Both the position numbers and the translations under genes were made by a program. From contig CAVEOR010000001.1 in the NCBI GenBank assembly GCA_963617285.1, forward strand, positions 1 through 37,590: DNA of 37,590 nucleotides, given 5' to 3'. Under the pieces are notes generated by a model. The model was not told where the DNA came from. It worked only from the letters and a program-made list of their open reading frames with translations, and searched no databases. Positions within the stretch are counted from its first letter, which is position 1. Every line of letters starts with the position of its first letter. The stretch comes from Anaerovoracaceae bacterium (lineage in GTDB: Bacteria; Bacillota; Clostridia; Peptostreptococcales; Anaerovoracaceae). Shown here in pieces: positions 8,655 to 17,212 of the stretch.

Positions 8655-8736
8655 TAAGATGGAAAAGCGGATTGAATTCCTATGCGAATTTAGTTGCTTT
8701 GTCTGAAAAAGATAAGAAAGACGAAAGATAAAGGAT

Positions 8737-9963
8737 ATGAAAAAGAATAATTTTAAGAGAATTTTGGCTATGCTCCTCGCACTTGCACTCGTGTTTAGTT
8801 TTGCCGGATGCGGCGGAAGTGAAACGAGTACGGAGACGGGAACCGATACCTCAGAAGAGGCTCGCACGATGGGAACGGTAGTAGGTGATTATGTCATCGA
8901 ACTTCCGACGATAACGGAGATCGACTTTGATAAGGGACTCGAGAACTTCGAGGCGGAGTTCAGCAAATATGGCTGTACTGCTGTCGGCAAGGTTCTTGAC
9001 AATGGCGATATGGTGATTGGACGCTCATATGACCTTTCTTATAGCTTTTCGCCTGCGTATATAGTTCGCACGGAAATCCCGGGGCTTCTCAAGACGGTTG
9101 GTGTTTCCTATAACGGCTTCAACGGCGCGACATTTGATGATGTAAAGGAAAATGGTCTGACTGAGGATGAGCTCCTTAAGGTTTATTGCTTGACGGGAGA
9201 CGTGCTCAACGAGAAGGGCTTCTACATCGAGGCAAACATGAGAAGCTCACAGCCAGAGGAGACTGGAATCAAAGAATGCAGCGGCACGAATCCTGACGCT
9301 GACATCAGACTCAGCTTTGCGACGCTCATCAGATACCTTGGCGAGAGAGCATCTACAGTAGATGAAGCGCTTGAACTGGCAAGTGAAGTTGATGTTTACG
9401 GATTCAAGACGGATCAATACGACTGGAATGGCGGATTTTTCCTCGCGGATGCAACTGGACACTACGGAGTGCTTGAGCTCATTGACAACAAATTAGTTTG
9501 GAACGACATGCAGCAGGCACACGCGAACTTCTATATTAGCCCAGAGTATAAGGATAGGGCAACGATCGGCGCAGGCATGGGTCGCTACGATGTTGTTATG
9601 GAAGGTATCGACGCTGTCGAGAGCGAGGCGGATATGCGTGAACTCATCGAAAAGGTTAGATATCTGCAGACGCTTTGGCCAGATACTTGTCAATTTGACC
9701 CTGTAGCGGAGTTTGCAGGTACGGAAATCGATGGCAAGACATATTACATCAAGGACGTCCTCGACGAGAGCAACAGAGACATTCTGATGGATTACGCATA
9801 TAGCTATGTGTACACGGATAGAGAGAAGAGCCTTGACGAGAAGAGAGAAGCTAACGACGTTTGGCTTTCCGCATATCAGTCCGTTGTAAATTGCAACAAC
9901 AAAACTTTAAGCGTTAAGTTCTTCGAAGACGACGAACTCCTCTATGACCTTTCCGTAGAATAG
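8737..9963 (+). CDS. Lipoprotein, Ntn-hydrolase (linear amide C-N hydrolase / choloylglycine hydrolase-like), paralog 2
   Basis: Lipobox FAGC (Cys25); G|CTAVGKVLDNGDMVIGRSYD (Cys80); LNEKGF, HANFY, GRY; collinear with paralog 1. Confidence 0.82.
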   Translation: MKKNNFKRILAMLLALALVFSFAGCGGSETSTETGTDTSEEARTMGTVVGDYVIELPTITEIDFDKGLENFEAEFSKYGCTAVGKVLDNGDMVIGRSYDLSYSFSPAYIVRTEIPGLLKTVGVSYNGFNGATFDDVKENGLTEDELLKVYCLTGDVLNEKGFYIEANMRSSQPEETGIKECSGTNPDADIRLSFATLIRYLGERASTVDEALELASEVDVYGFKTDQYDWNGGFFLADATGHYGVLELIDNKLVWNDMQQAHANFYISPEYKDRATIGAGMGRYDVVMEGIDAVESEADMRELIEKVRYLQTLWPDTCQFDPVAEFAGTEIDGKTYYIKDVLDESNRDILMDYAYSYVYTDREKSLDEKREANDVWLSAYQSVVNCNNKTLSVKFFEDDELLYDLSVE

Positions 9964-10002
9964 GGTTTTTCTAAAAACCTCTTTTGAATACTCAAACAAA
10001 TG

Positions 10003-10031
10003 CCCTCTGGGATATGCCCCAGGGGGTTTTT
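10003..10031 (+). terminator. Intrinsic terminator closing the RiPP/lipoprotein operon
   Basis: CCCTCTGGG-atatgc-CCCAGGGGG (9-bp stem, one G-U) followed by TTTTT. Confidence 0.8.
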
Positions 10032-10093
10032 GATTGTGCGGGCTCGGCCGCTCCAATTTTCCCAGAAAAATGCAAAAAACTCTCGCATAACTC

Positions 10094-10122
10094 TTGTATC
10101 CCGCGCCAAAAAGTTGTACAAT
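10094..10122 (+). promoter_or_regulatory. Probable sigma-A promoter of secDF
   Basis: TTGTAT-17 nt-TACAAT; followed by hairpin AATGCCC-gaaata-GGGCATT (10137-10156) in the predicted 5' UTR. Confidence 0.6.
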
Positions 10123-10200
10123 GTAATGTAAAATAAAATGCCCGAAATAGGGCATTGCGTAATGTTTTAATAAATTTTAATTTATGAGAGGTTTTGAAAA

Positions 10201-12429
10201 ATGAGTGTAAAACTGAAAAAAATCTTAGCCGCACTGGTAATCGTTGTACTCGTGTTCGGCTGGTATGTCACCTTGTTTGGCATAGGTGACTCATCTAAGG
10301 ACGATGCCATCACATCGGTCAAGTCAGCCTTAAAATACGGTCTTGACATCAATGGTGGCGTATACGTTGTAATGGAAGCGCAGACTGACTTGACTGGCGA
10401 CGAACTCGATGAACTCATGGAGCAGACCAGAGCCGTAATCGACAACCGTGTTAACCAGCTCGGTGTTGCAGAAGCATCCGTAACTATCGAAGGTACGAAC
10501 CGCATCAGAGTAGAGATGCCAGGCGTTGAAGACGCGGACGAAGCTATCCAGGCTATCGGCCAGACGGCTCAGCTTTCCTTCATCCTTGCTGATGGCTCCA
10601 CAGTTCTGACAGGTTCGAACGTAAAGGACGCTCAGATTGCGACAGACGGCGGCTATTACAAGATTTTGCTCGAGTTTGATGACGAAGGCACGTCGCTGTT
10701 CGAAGAGGGTACGCGCAAGGCATATAACCAGGAAGTTACCCCGACAATCGATGGCATGAATGCGAATGAGATCGCTATCGTTCTCGACAACGAAATCGTA
10801 GTTAGCCCTACGGTACAGCAGGTAATCAGCGGCGGTAGCTGCGAAATGACAGGTAACTACTCCAAGGAAGAAGCTTCAACTACTGCAGCCCTCATCAGAG
10901 GCGGTGCACTTCCTGTAGACCTCGTTGAAGTACAGTCATCCGTACAGGCAGCAACAGTAGGCGCAGATGCCCTCGACAAGTCAATCGTTGCAGGTGCAAT
11001 CGGTCTCGGAATCGTATTCCTTCTGATGCTCGCATTCTACGGCATGCTCGGATTCATCGCTGACATCGCACTTTTGCTCTATGTAATCATGTTCATGTGG
11101 TCAATGGTAGCATTTAACGTTGTCCTGACACTTCCGGGAATTGCTGCATTGATTCTGTCCATTGGTATGGCGGTAGACGCAAACGTTATCATCTTTGCTA
11201 GAATCAAAGAAGAAATCGCAGCAGGCAAGTCCATCAGAGTCGCAGTTGACGCTGGTTTCAAGAACGCGCTCAGCACGGTACTCGACGCACAGATCACGAC
11301 ACTTATCGCTGCAGTTGTACTTTACGAAGTTGGTACTACATCGGTTAAGGGCTTCGCTCTTACACTCATGATCGGTATCGTCATCAGTATTTTCACAGCA
11401 GTTGTTATAACTCAGCTTTTCATTTCGCTGTTGGCAGAGAGTCCAAAGTTCTGCAAGAACAAATACTTCGGTTGCAACGAGGACGGTTCGCCTAAGCAAA
11501 TGCTTAATAAGACTTTCTCATTTATTAAACATAGAAAGATTTTCTACTGCATCAGCGTTGGTATCATCGTGCTCGGCCTCGTATGGTCGCTCGTATTCGG
11601 CATGAACTACGGTATCGACTTTACTGGTGGTACGACATTCCAGATCGAATTCGGTCAGCAGATGGATATCGACGAAGTAGAAGACACTCTCGCAGATTAC
11701 GAACTTGATCCACAGATCATCTACGCAGGCGAGAACAACACTCAGCTCATCATCAAGACGATCAAATCGCTTGAGAACGCTGACAGAAACGACATCATTG
11801 CTACATTAGAAGACGCTTACGGAATCACAGATGACGACATCCTCGCATCAGAGCAGTTCGGTCCATCCGTTGGTAACGAGCTGAAGACAAACGCAGTCAA
11901 GGCTGTAATCATCGCATCCTTGGGTATGCTGATTTACATCATCTTCAGATTCAAATCATGGAAATACGGTCTTTCCGCAGTTGCTGGCGTAGTGCATGAC
12001 GTTCTCATCGTAATCGCGTTCTATGCAATCTTCGGATACACTGTAAACAACCCGTTCATCGCAGCTATCCTCACACTCGTAGGATACTCGATTAACGACA
12101 CAATCGTAATATTTGATAGAATCAGAGAGAACAAGGCGATTCACCCAAGAAATTCTGGCGAAGAGAACATCGACCTGAGTATCAACCAGACTCTGAACAG
12201 AACGATTATGACATCGCTGACAACGCTCGTTGTAATGATTCCGCTTTGCATCATGGTTTCGTCCTCCATCAGAGAGTTCATCATTCCACTCATGGTCGGC
12301 GTAATCGTAGGTTGTGCATCCTCAATCTTCATCTGCAGCCCGCTCTACTATGACCTCTGCAAGAAGGACGAGGGTTCCAAGTACCTTCAGAACACTGCAA
12401 AGAAGAGCAAAGCCAGCAAGGCTAAATAA
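10201..12429 (+). CDS. secDF: Protein translocase subunit SecDF (fused)
   Basis: YGLDINGG, IDNRVNQLGVAE, IRGGALP, GMAVDANVIIFARIKEE; SecF half GIDFTGG, GYSINDTIVIFDRIRE. Confidence 0.96.
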   Translation: MSVKLKKILAALVIVVLVFGWYVTLFGIGDSSKDDAITSVKSALKYGLDINGGVYVVMEAQTDLTGDELDELMEQTRAVIDNRVNQLGVAEASVTIEGTNRIRVEMPGVEDADEAIQAIGQTAQLSFILADGSTVLTGSNVKDAQIATDGGYYKILLEFDDEGTSLFEEGTRKAYNQEVTPTIDGMNANEIAIVLDNEIVVSPTVQQVISGGSCEMTGNYSKEEASTTAALIRGGALPVDLVEVQSSVQAATVGADALDKSIVAGAIGLGIVFLLMLAFYGMLGFIADIALLLYVIMFMWSMVAFNVVLTLPGIAALILSIGMAVDANVIIFARIKEEIAAGKSIRVAVDAGFKNALSTVLDAQITTLIAAVVLYEVGTTSVKGFALTLMIGIVISIFTAVVITQLFISLLAESPKFCKNKYFGCNEDGSPKQMLNKTFSFIKHRKIFYCISVGIIVLGLVWSLVFGMNYGIDFTGGTTFQIEFGQQMDIDEVEDTLADYELDPQIIYAGENNTQLIIKTIKSLENADRNDIIATLEDAYGITDDDILASEQFGPSVGNELKTNAVKAVIIASLGMLIYIIFRFKSWKYGLSAVAGVVHDVLIVIAFYAIFGYTVNNPFIAAILTLVGYSINDTIVIFDRIRENKAIHPRNSGEENIDLSINQTLNRTIMTSLTTLVVMIPLCIMVSSSIREFIIPLMVGVIVGCASSIFICSPLYYDLCKKDEGSKYLQNTAKKSKASKAK

Positions 12430-12477
12430 AAGAGAATTATCCTAATAAAAAACCTATAAAATTTTCTAGGAGAAAAG

Positions 12478-14679
12478 ATGTTAACAAAGGCCGAGTTTTT
12501 AGAAAAAATATTAAATATGAATTCTAAATACAACACCGAACTGATTGGAAGGGCGTTCGATACAGCCAGGAATCTGCATGATGGGCAGCTGCGCAAGAGC
12601 GGTGAACCGTATTTCATTCACCCGATAAATGTAGCGCTGATACTCGCAGAGATGGGCATGGACGACGCGACGATCGTCGGTGGGCTTTTGCATGACGTCG
12701 TTGAAGACACGGAATATACCAGAGAGCAGCTCGTCGCCGACTTTGGCGAGGAGATTGCTCTTTTGGTAGATGGTGTTACGAAGTTAGGCGCCATCAAATT
12801 CGAAAGCAAAGAAGAAATCCAGGCGGAGAACTTCCGCAAGATGTTCCTAGCCATGAGCAAGGACATCCGCGTTCTCATCATCAAGTTAGCCGACAGGCTG
12901 CACAACATGAGGACGATGAAATACATGAAACCAGAGAAAATCGTTGAAAAATGCAACGAAACTTTGGAGATTTACGCACCGCTTGCATCGAGACTGGGTA
13001 TATTCACCATCAAATTCGAACTCGAGGATCTGGCACTGCAATACCTGCATCCGGAGGAATTCGAAGACCTCAAGCAGAAGGTAAGCAAGCGCAAGGAAGA
13101 AAGAGAAGCGACCATCAACACCGTAATCGGTGAAATCAAGGAGTCGCTCGACGATATGGACCTGCATTACGATATTTACGGCAGGGCGAAACACTATTAC
13201 AGCATCTACCGCAAGATGAAGTTCCAGCACAAGCAAATCGACGAAATCTTCGACCTGATCGCTGTAAGAATAATAGTAGATAGTATCAAGGAATGCTACG
13301 CAGTGCTTGGAATCGTCCACACTATGTGGAAGCCAATCCCAGGCAGATTCAAGGATTACGTTGCAATGCCGAAGCCGAACATGTACCAGTCGCTACACAC
13401 GACGGTAATCGGCGATAACGGCGAACCATTCGAAATTCAGATAAGAACATATGAGATGCACAAAGTTGCTGAATATGGTATCGCAGCCCACTGGAAGTAC
13501 AAGGAGGGCGATACGTCAGGCAACTCATCCAATGATGACATAAAATTAGCATGGCTCAGGCAGTCGCTTGAGTGGCAGAAGGACATAAACGACCCGAAGG
13601 ACTTCCTGGAGACGATGAAGATGGACCTCTTCGCAAGCCAGGTATTCGTATTCACGCCGCAAGGGGACGTTATCGAGCTCCCAGCGGGCTCCACGCCGCT
13701 TGACTTCGCGTTCAAGATTCACTCGGCCATAGGTTGCAAGTGCGTCGGCGCCAAGGTAAACGGCAAGATGGTTACGATTGACTATACGCTGCAAAACGGC
13801 GATATCGTTGAAATTGTAACGTCCGCGAACTCGTCAGGCCCGAGCGTAGACTGGCTGAAAATCGCCAAGAGTTCCAACGCCAGAAACAAGATTAGGGCTT
13901 GGCTGAAGAAAGAAAACAAGTCGGACAATATAGACAAGGGCAAGGATTTGCTCGACAAATACGTTCGCAAGAAGGGCTACGATCCATCAAACGTAATTAA
14001 GTCCGCATACGTAACGAAAGCCACTAAGGCTCTCAATTACGCAAACACGGACGAGGCATACGCACAGCTTGCCAACGGCGGAACGCTGGTAAGCAAATTC
14101 GCAAACCTGCTCTTCAGCTATTACGCTGAGGAAAAGCCAGCTGAGATCAAGTCAAACGAAGCAGTAATCGACGAAATCAAGGCTGCTGAGGCTCGCAAGG
14201 CGAAACTCAACCGCCGCCAGAAGGATAACCCTGGAATCGTGGTTGAAGGCATGGATAACCTGATGGTTAAGCTCGCTAAGTGCTGCAATCCAGTGCCTGG
14301 CGACGATATCATAGGCTTTATTACGAAGGGCAGAGGTATTTCCGTTCATAGATGCGACTGCTCGAACATAGTGTCTCTCCCAGAGGCTGAGAAGCAGAGA
14401 TTCATCCATGTTGAATGGGAGAACCTGAAGGAAGGTAAGTCCTACAATGCGGATATTTGCATTATAGGTAATGACAGAAAAGGCATTCTCTCGGATATTT
14501 CGAGGGTTTGCGAGGATATGGATATTCACCTGTCTGGCGTAAATGCCAAGAGCGGCAAGGACGGAAGTCTGATGATGACGATTACACTTTCGATTTCCAG
14601 TACGCAGGAGATGCAGAAGGTTCTTAGGAATCTAAGGAATATCAGCGGAGTTACGCATGTTTACAGGGCGAAATCGTGA
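12478..14679 (+). CDS. relA: Bifunctional (p)ppGpp synthetase/hydrolase Rel
   Basis: RKSGEPYFIHP, intact HDVVED, KLADRLHNMRT, RFKDY, YQSLHT, EIQIRT; TGS, CCNPVPGD zinc finger and ACT domains. Confidence 0.97.
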   Translation: MLTKAEFLEKILNMNSKYNTELIGRAFDTARNLHDGQLRKSGEPYFIHPINVALILAEMGMDDATIVGGLLHDVVEDTEYTREQLVADFGEEIALLVDGVTKLGAIKFESKEEIQAENFRKMFLAMSKDIRVLIIKLADRLHNMRTMKYMKPEKIVEKCNETLEIYAPLASRLGIFTIKFELEDLALQYLHPEEFEDLKQKVSKRKEEREATINTVIGEIKESLDDMDLHYDIYGRAKHYYSIYRKMKFQHKQIDEIFDLIAVRIIVDSIKECYAVLGIVHTMWKPIPGRFKDYVAMPKPNMYQSLHTTVIGDNGEPFEIQIRTYEMHKVAEYGIAAHWKYKEGDTSGNSSNDDIKLAWLRQSLEWQKDINDPKDFLETMKMDLFASQVFVFTPQGDVIELPAGSTPLDFAFKIHSAIGCKCVGAKVNGKMVTIDYTLQNGDIVEIVTSANSSGPSVDWLKIAKSSNARNKIRAWLKKENKSDNIDKGKDLLDKYVRKKGYDPSNVIKSAYVTKATKALNYANTDEAYAQLANGGTLVSKFANLLFSYYAEEKPAEIKSNEAVIDEIKAAEARKAKLNRRQKDNPGIVVEGMDNLMVKLAKCCNPVPGDDIIGFITKGRGISVHRCDCSNIVSLPEAEKQRFIHVEWENLKEGKSYNADICIIGNDRKGILSDISRVCEDMDIHLSGVNAKSGKDGSLMMTITLSISSTQEMQKVLRNLRNISGVTHVYRAKS

Positions 14680-14688
14680 GGTGAATTT

Positions 14689-15138
14689 ATGAGAGCCGTA
14701 GTGCAGCGTGTGACGGATGCAAGTGTGTCCGTGGATGAGAAAATTACAGGTGAGATTGGCAAGGGTATGGTGGTTCTCCTCGGTGTTGAGGATGGAGACA
14801 CTGAGAAGGATGCGGACTATATCGCAGACAAAATTGCTGGTCTTAGAATATTCGACGACGAAAACGGCGTTATGAACATCTCGGTCATGGATATCGGAGG
14901 CGGAATCCTCTCGATTTCGCAGTTTACGCTTCTGGCGGATGCTCGCAAGGGCAAGAGACCGAACTACATCAAGGCCGCTCGCCCAGAGGAAGCAAACAAG
15001 CTCTATGAGTATTTCAACGATAGGCTCGAGGGCAAGGGTATTCACGTGGAAAAAGGCATTTTCCAGGCTGAGATGCTCGTTAGAATCAATAATGACGGGC
15101 CGGTGACGATTCTGCTGGACAGCCACAAGCTCTTCTAA
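14689..15138 (+). CDS. dtd: D-aminoacyl-tRNA deacylase
   Basis: MRAVVQRV, SQFTL, NDGPVT motifs; follows rel. Confidence 0.97.
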   Translation: MRAVVQRVTDASVSVDEKITGEIGKGMVVLLGVEDGDTEKDADYIADKIAGLRIFDDENGVMNISVMDIGGGILSISQFTLLADARKGKRPNYIKAARPEEANKLYEYFNDRLEGKGIHVEKGIFQAEMLVRINNDGPVTILLDSHKLF

Positions 15139-15142
15139 TCTG

Positions 15143-15163
15143 AGAGTGCAGAGTGAAGAGTGG
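15143..15163 (+). repeat. Three tandem heptamers AGAGTGN
   Basis: AGAGTGC-AGAGTGA-AGAGTGG just after the dtd stop codon. Confidence 0.7.
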
Positions 15164-15203
15164 AGTTCAATTCGAAAGTTTAGAATAGAAAGGGATTATT
15201 GAA

Positions 15204-15824
15204 GTGAAGATTTTTTCGTATATAACTGGGCCGATTCAGGTCAACACTTATTTGGTATATGATGAGAACACAATGAAGGGATTTATCGTTGACCCTGGCG
15301 ATTACTCGCAGAAGCTGAGCAAGCAGGCGATGGATCTTGGAATTGACATAGAGTACATAATTCTCACGCACGGTCACGGCGACCATATCGGTGGAGTTGA
15401 GAAATTCAAACGCGATTTTTCTTCCGCAAAGCTCGTGGCGCATGAAAAAGAGAAGGAAATGCTCTTAGACGCAGTGATGAACTGCTCGGCAGAGTTTTTC
15501 CCAGGCGGCGTGACGCTTACACCTGACATTTGGGTCAAGGATGGCGACAAACTTCAGGTCGGCGACATGGAGCTGAAGATTATACATACGCCGGGCCATA
15601 CGCCAGGCGGCATTTGCATATATGTTGGAGATACGTTATTCAGCGGCGACACGCTGTTTAGACGTTCAGTAGGTAGAACAGACTTCCCAGGTGGCGACCA
15701 GAGAGCTTTGATTAACTCAATCAAGGACAGGCTCTACCACTTGCCAGACGACACGAGGGTGCTTCCAGGACACATGGGAGAAACCACGATTGGGGAAGAA
15801 AAGAGAGGAAATCCTTTTGTATAA
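15204..15824 (+). CDS. MBL-fold metallo-hydrolase (glyoxalase II-like)
   Basis: THGHGDH, HTPGHTPG, FSGDTLF, LPGH motifs; GTG start. Confidence 0.93.
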   Translation: MKIFSYITGPIQVNTYLVYDENTMKGFIVDPGDYSQKLSKQAMDLGIDIEYIILTHGHGDHIGGVEKFKRDFSSAKLVAHEKEKEMLLDAVMNCSAEFFPGGVTLTPDIWVKDGDKLQVGDMELKIIHTPGHTPGGICIYVGDTLFSGDTLFRRSVGRTDFPGGDQRALINSIKDRLYHLPDDTRVLPGHMGETTIGEEKRGNPFV

Positions 15825-17211
15825 TATCATACTTAAGAATGTCGAAAATAAATATGACTACGGCGAGCTCATCAAGATTTTCCTGAGGCCAGAGGAGTTC
15901 ACGCTATATACGGAGGCGGAACTTGCAGAGGCTGAAGTCGTTGAAAATACTGACTCAGAGCGAATTGTATTCAACGAAAGCCTCTCGACCGACAAAAACG
16001 AAATCAAGCGAGAGATTTACAATAAATTATTTTCGTTAACTGGCGAAAAACCAGAGTGGGGCATACTCACTGGGGTGAGACCGGTCAAACTGACGGGTGA
16101 AATCTTTGATAGAGCCGGCGATAAGAGCAAGGTCGAGGAAATCCTAAGAAATGAGTACCTGCTCGCTGACGAGAAAATCAGGCTTTTGATTGACACATAT
16201 ACATACCAGCAGGAATGCTTCGGCAAACCAGAGAGAAACTCAGTCGGACTTTATATCGGAATTCCGTTTTGCCCGACGAGGTGCCTATATTGCTCGTTCA
16301 CATCCAACCAAGTTGGCGACGCAGAGATAGCAAGGTATCTGGAAGCCTTAAAGACAGAAATCCAGTATGTCGGCAGGCGAATGAAGGAGACTGGACTCTT
16401 TGCTGAGAGCATATACATAGGCGGCGGAACGCCGACGACGCTGACGGCTGAGCAACTTGATGATTTACTCGCGACCGTCGAAGAGAATATCGACTTGACT
16501 CAGATACGCGAGTTCACGGTGGAGGCTGGTCGCCCAGAGACCATCACATACGAGAAACTGAGAAAAATCAAGTCGCACAATATAGAAAGAATCAGCATAA
16601 ACCCGCAGACGATGCACCAGAAGACGCTTGAGATAATCGGAAGGCAGCATAAGCCAGAGGACATAATCCAGGCATTCGAGAGGGCAAAGGAAGTCGGGAT
16701 AAACATAATAAACGCTGACCTTATAACAGGACTGCCGGGCGAGAGCCCAGAAGACTTTGCCCAGACACTTGACAAGGTCATGGCACTTGAGCCGGAGAAC
16801 ATAACAGTCCATACGCTGGCGGTCAAGCGTGCATCTAGACTCGTCGAGCTCGATAAGGATTTTCATTATAAGCAAGCCCAGACGGTCAAGGATATGCTTG
16901 GAATCGCCAAAGAAAAGCTCGCAGAGAACGGCTTTCGTCCATATTATCTGTATAGGCAGAAGCACATGGCGGGAGCATTCGAAAACACGGGATATTGCAA
17001 GGAAGGCGCAGCAAGCCTTTACAATGTCCGCATAATGGAAGAAAAACAGACCATAATTGCACTCGGGGCGGGAGGCATCAGCAAGATGTACTACCCAGAC
17101 GAGAACAGGCTCGAACGAGTGCCAAACGTATCAAATTACGAAATCTATATTTCCCGATTAGAGGAAATGCTGGATAGAAAAGAACAAAAAATTTTTAAGG
17201 AGGTAAACTAG
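15817..17211 (+). CDS. hemZ: HemZ-family radical SAM protein (coproporphyrinogen dehydrogenase-like)
   Basis: WGILTGVRP, YIGIPFCPTRCLYCSF, GGGTPT, TVEAGRP, PYYLYRQK; start placed at TTG 15817 behind GAGAGGA (ORF track uses 15790). Confidence 0.92.
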   Translation: MYNIILKNVENKYDYGELIKIFLRPEEFTLYTEAELAEAEVVENTDSERIVFNESLSTDKNEIKREIYNKLFSLTGEKPEWGILTGVRPVKLTGEIFDRAGDKSKVEEILRNEYLLADEKIRLLIDTYTYQQECFGKPERNSVGLYIGIPFCPTRCLYCSFTSNQVGDAEIARYLEALKTEIQYVGRRMKETGLFAESIYIGGGTPTTLTAEQLDDLLATVEENIDLTQIREFTVEAGRPETITYEKLRKIKSHNIERISINPQTMHQKTLEIIGRQHKPEDIIQAFERAKEVGINIINADLITGLPGESPEDFAQTLDKVMALEPENITVHTLAVKRASRLVELDKDFHYKQAQTVKDMLGIAKEKLAENGFRPYYLYRQKHMAGAFENTGYCKEGAASLYNVRIMEEKQTIIALGAGGISKMYYPDENRLERVPNVSNYEIYISRLEEMLDRKEQKIFKEVN

Positions 17212-17212
17212 C

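Noticed and set aside
8664..8700. Terminator between the two lipoprotein genes
   Set aside because: The stem is imperfect and A-U/G-U rich with no proper U-tract; at most a weak mRNA hairpin
7416..9963. Calling the lipoproteins bile salt hydrolases
   Set aside because: Typical Bacillota BSH is cytoplasmic with Cys2; these have lipoboxes and internal Cys80, and substrate cannot be read from sequence
9964..10200. IS ends, att site or tRNA at the accessory/core junction
   Set aside because: No terminal inverted-repeat pair, target duplication, integrase or cloverleaf could be identified
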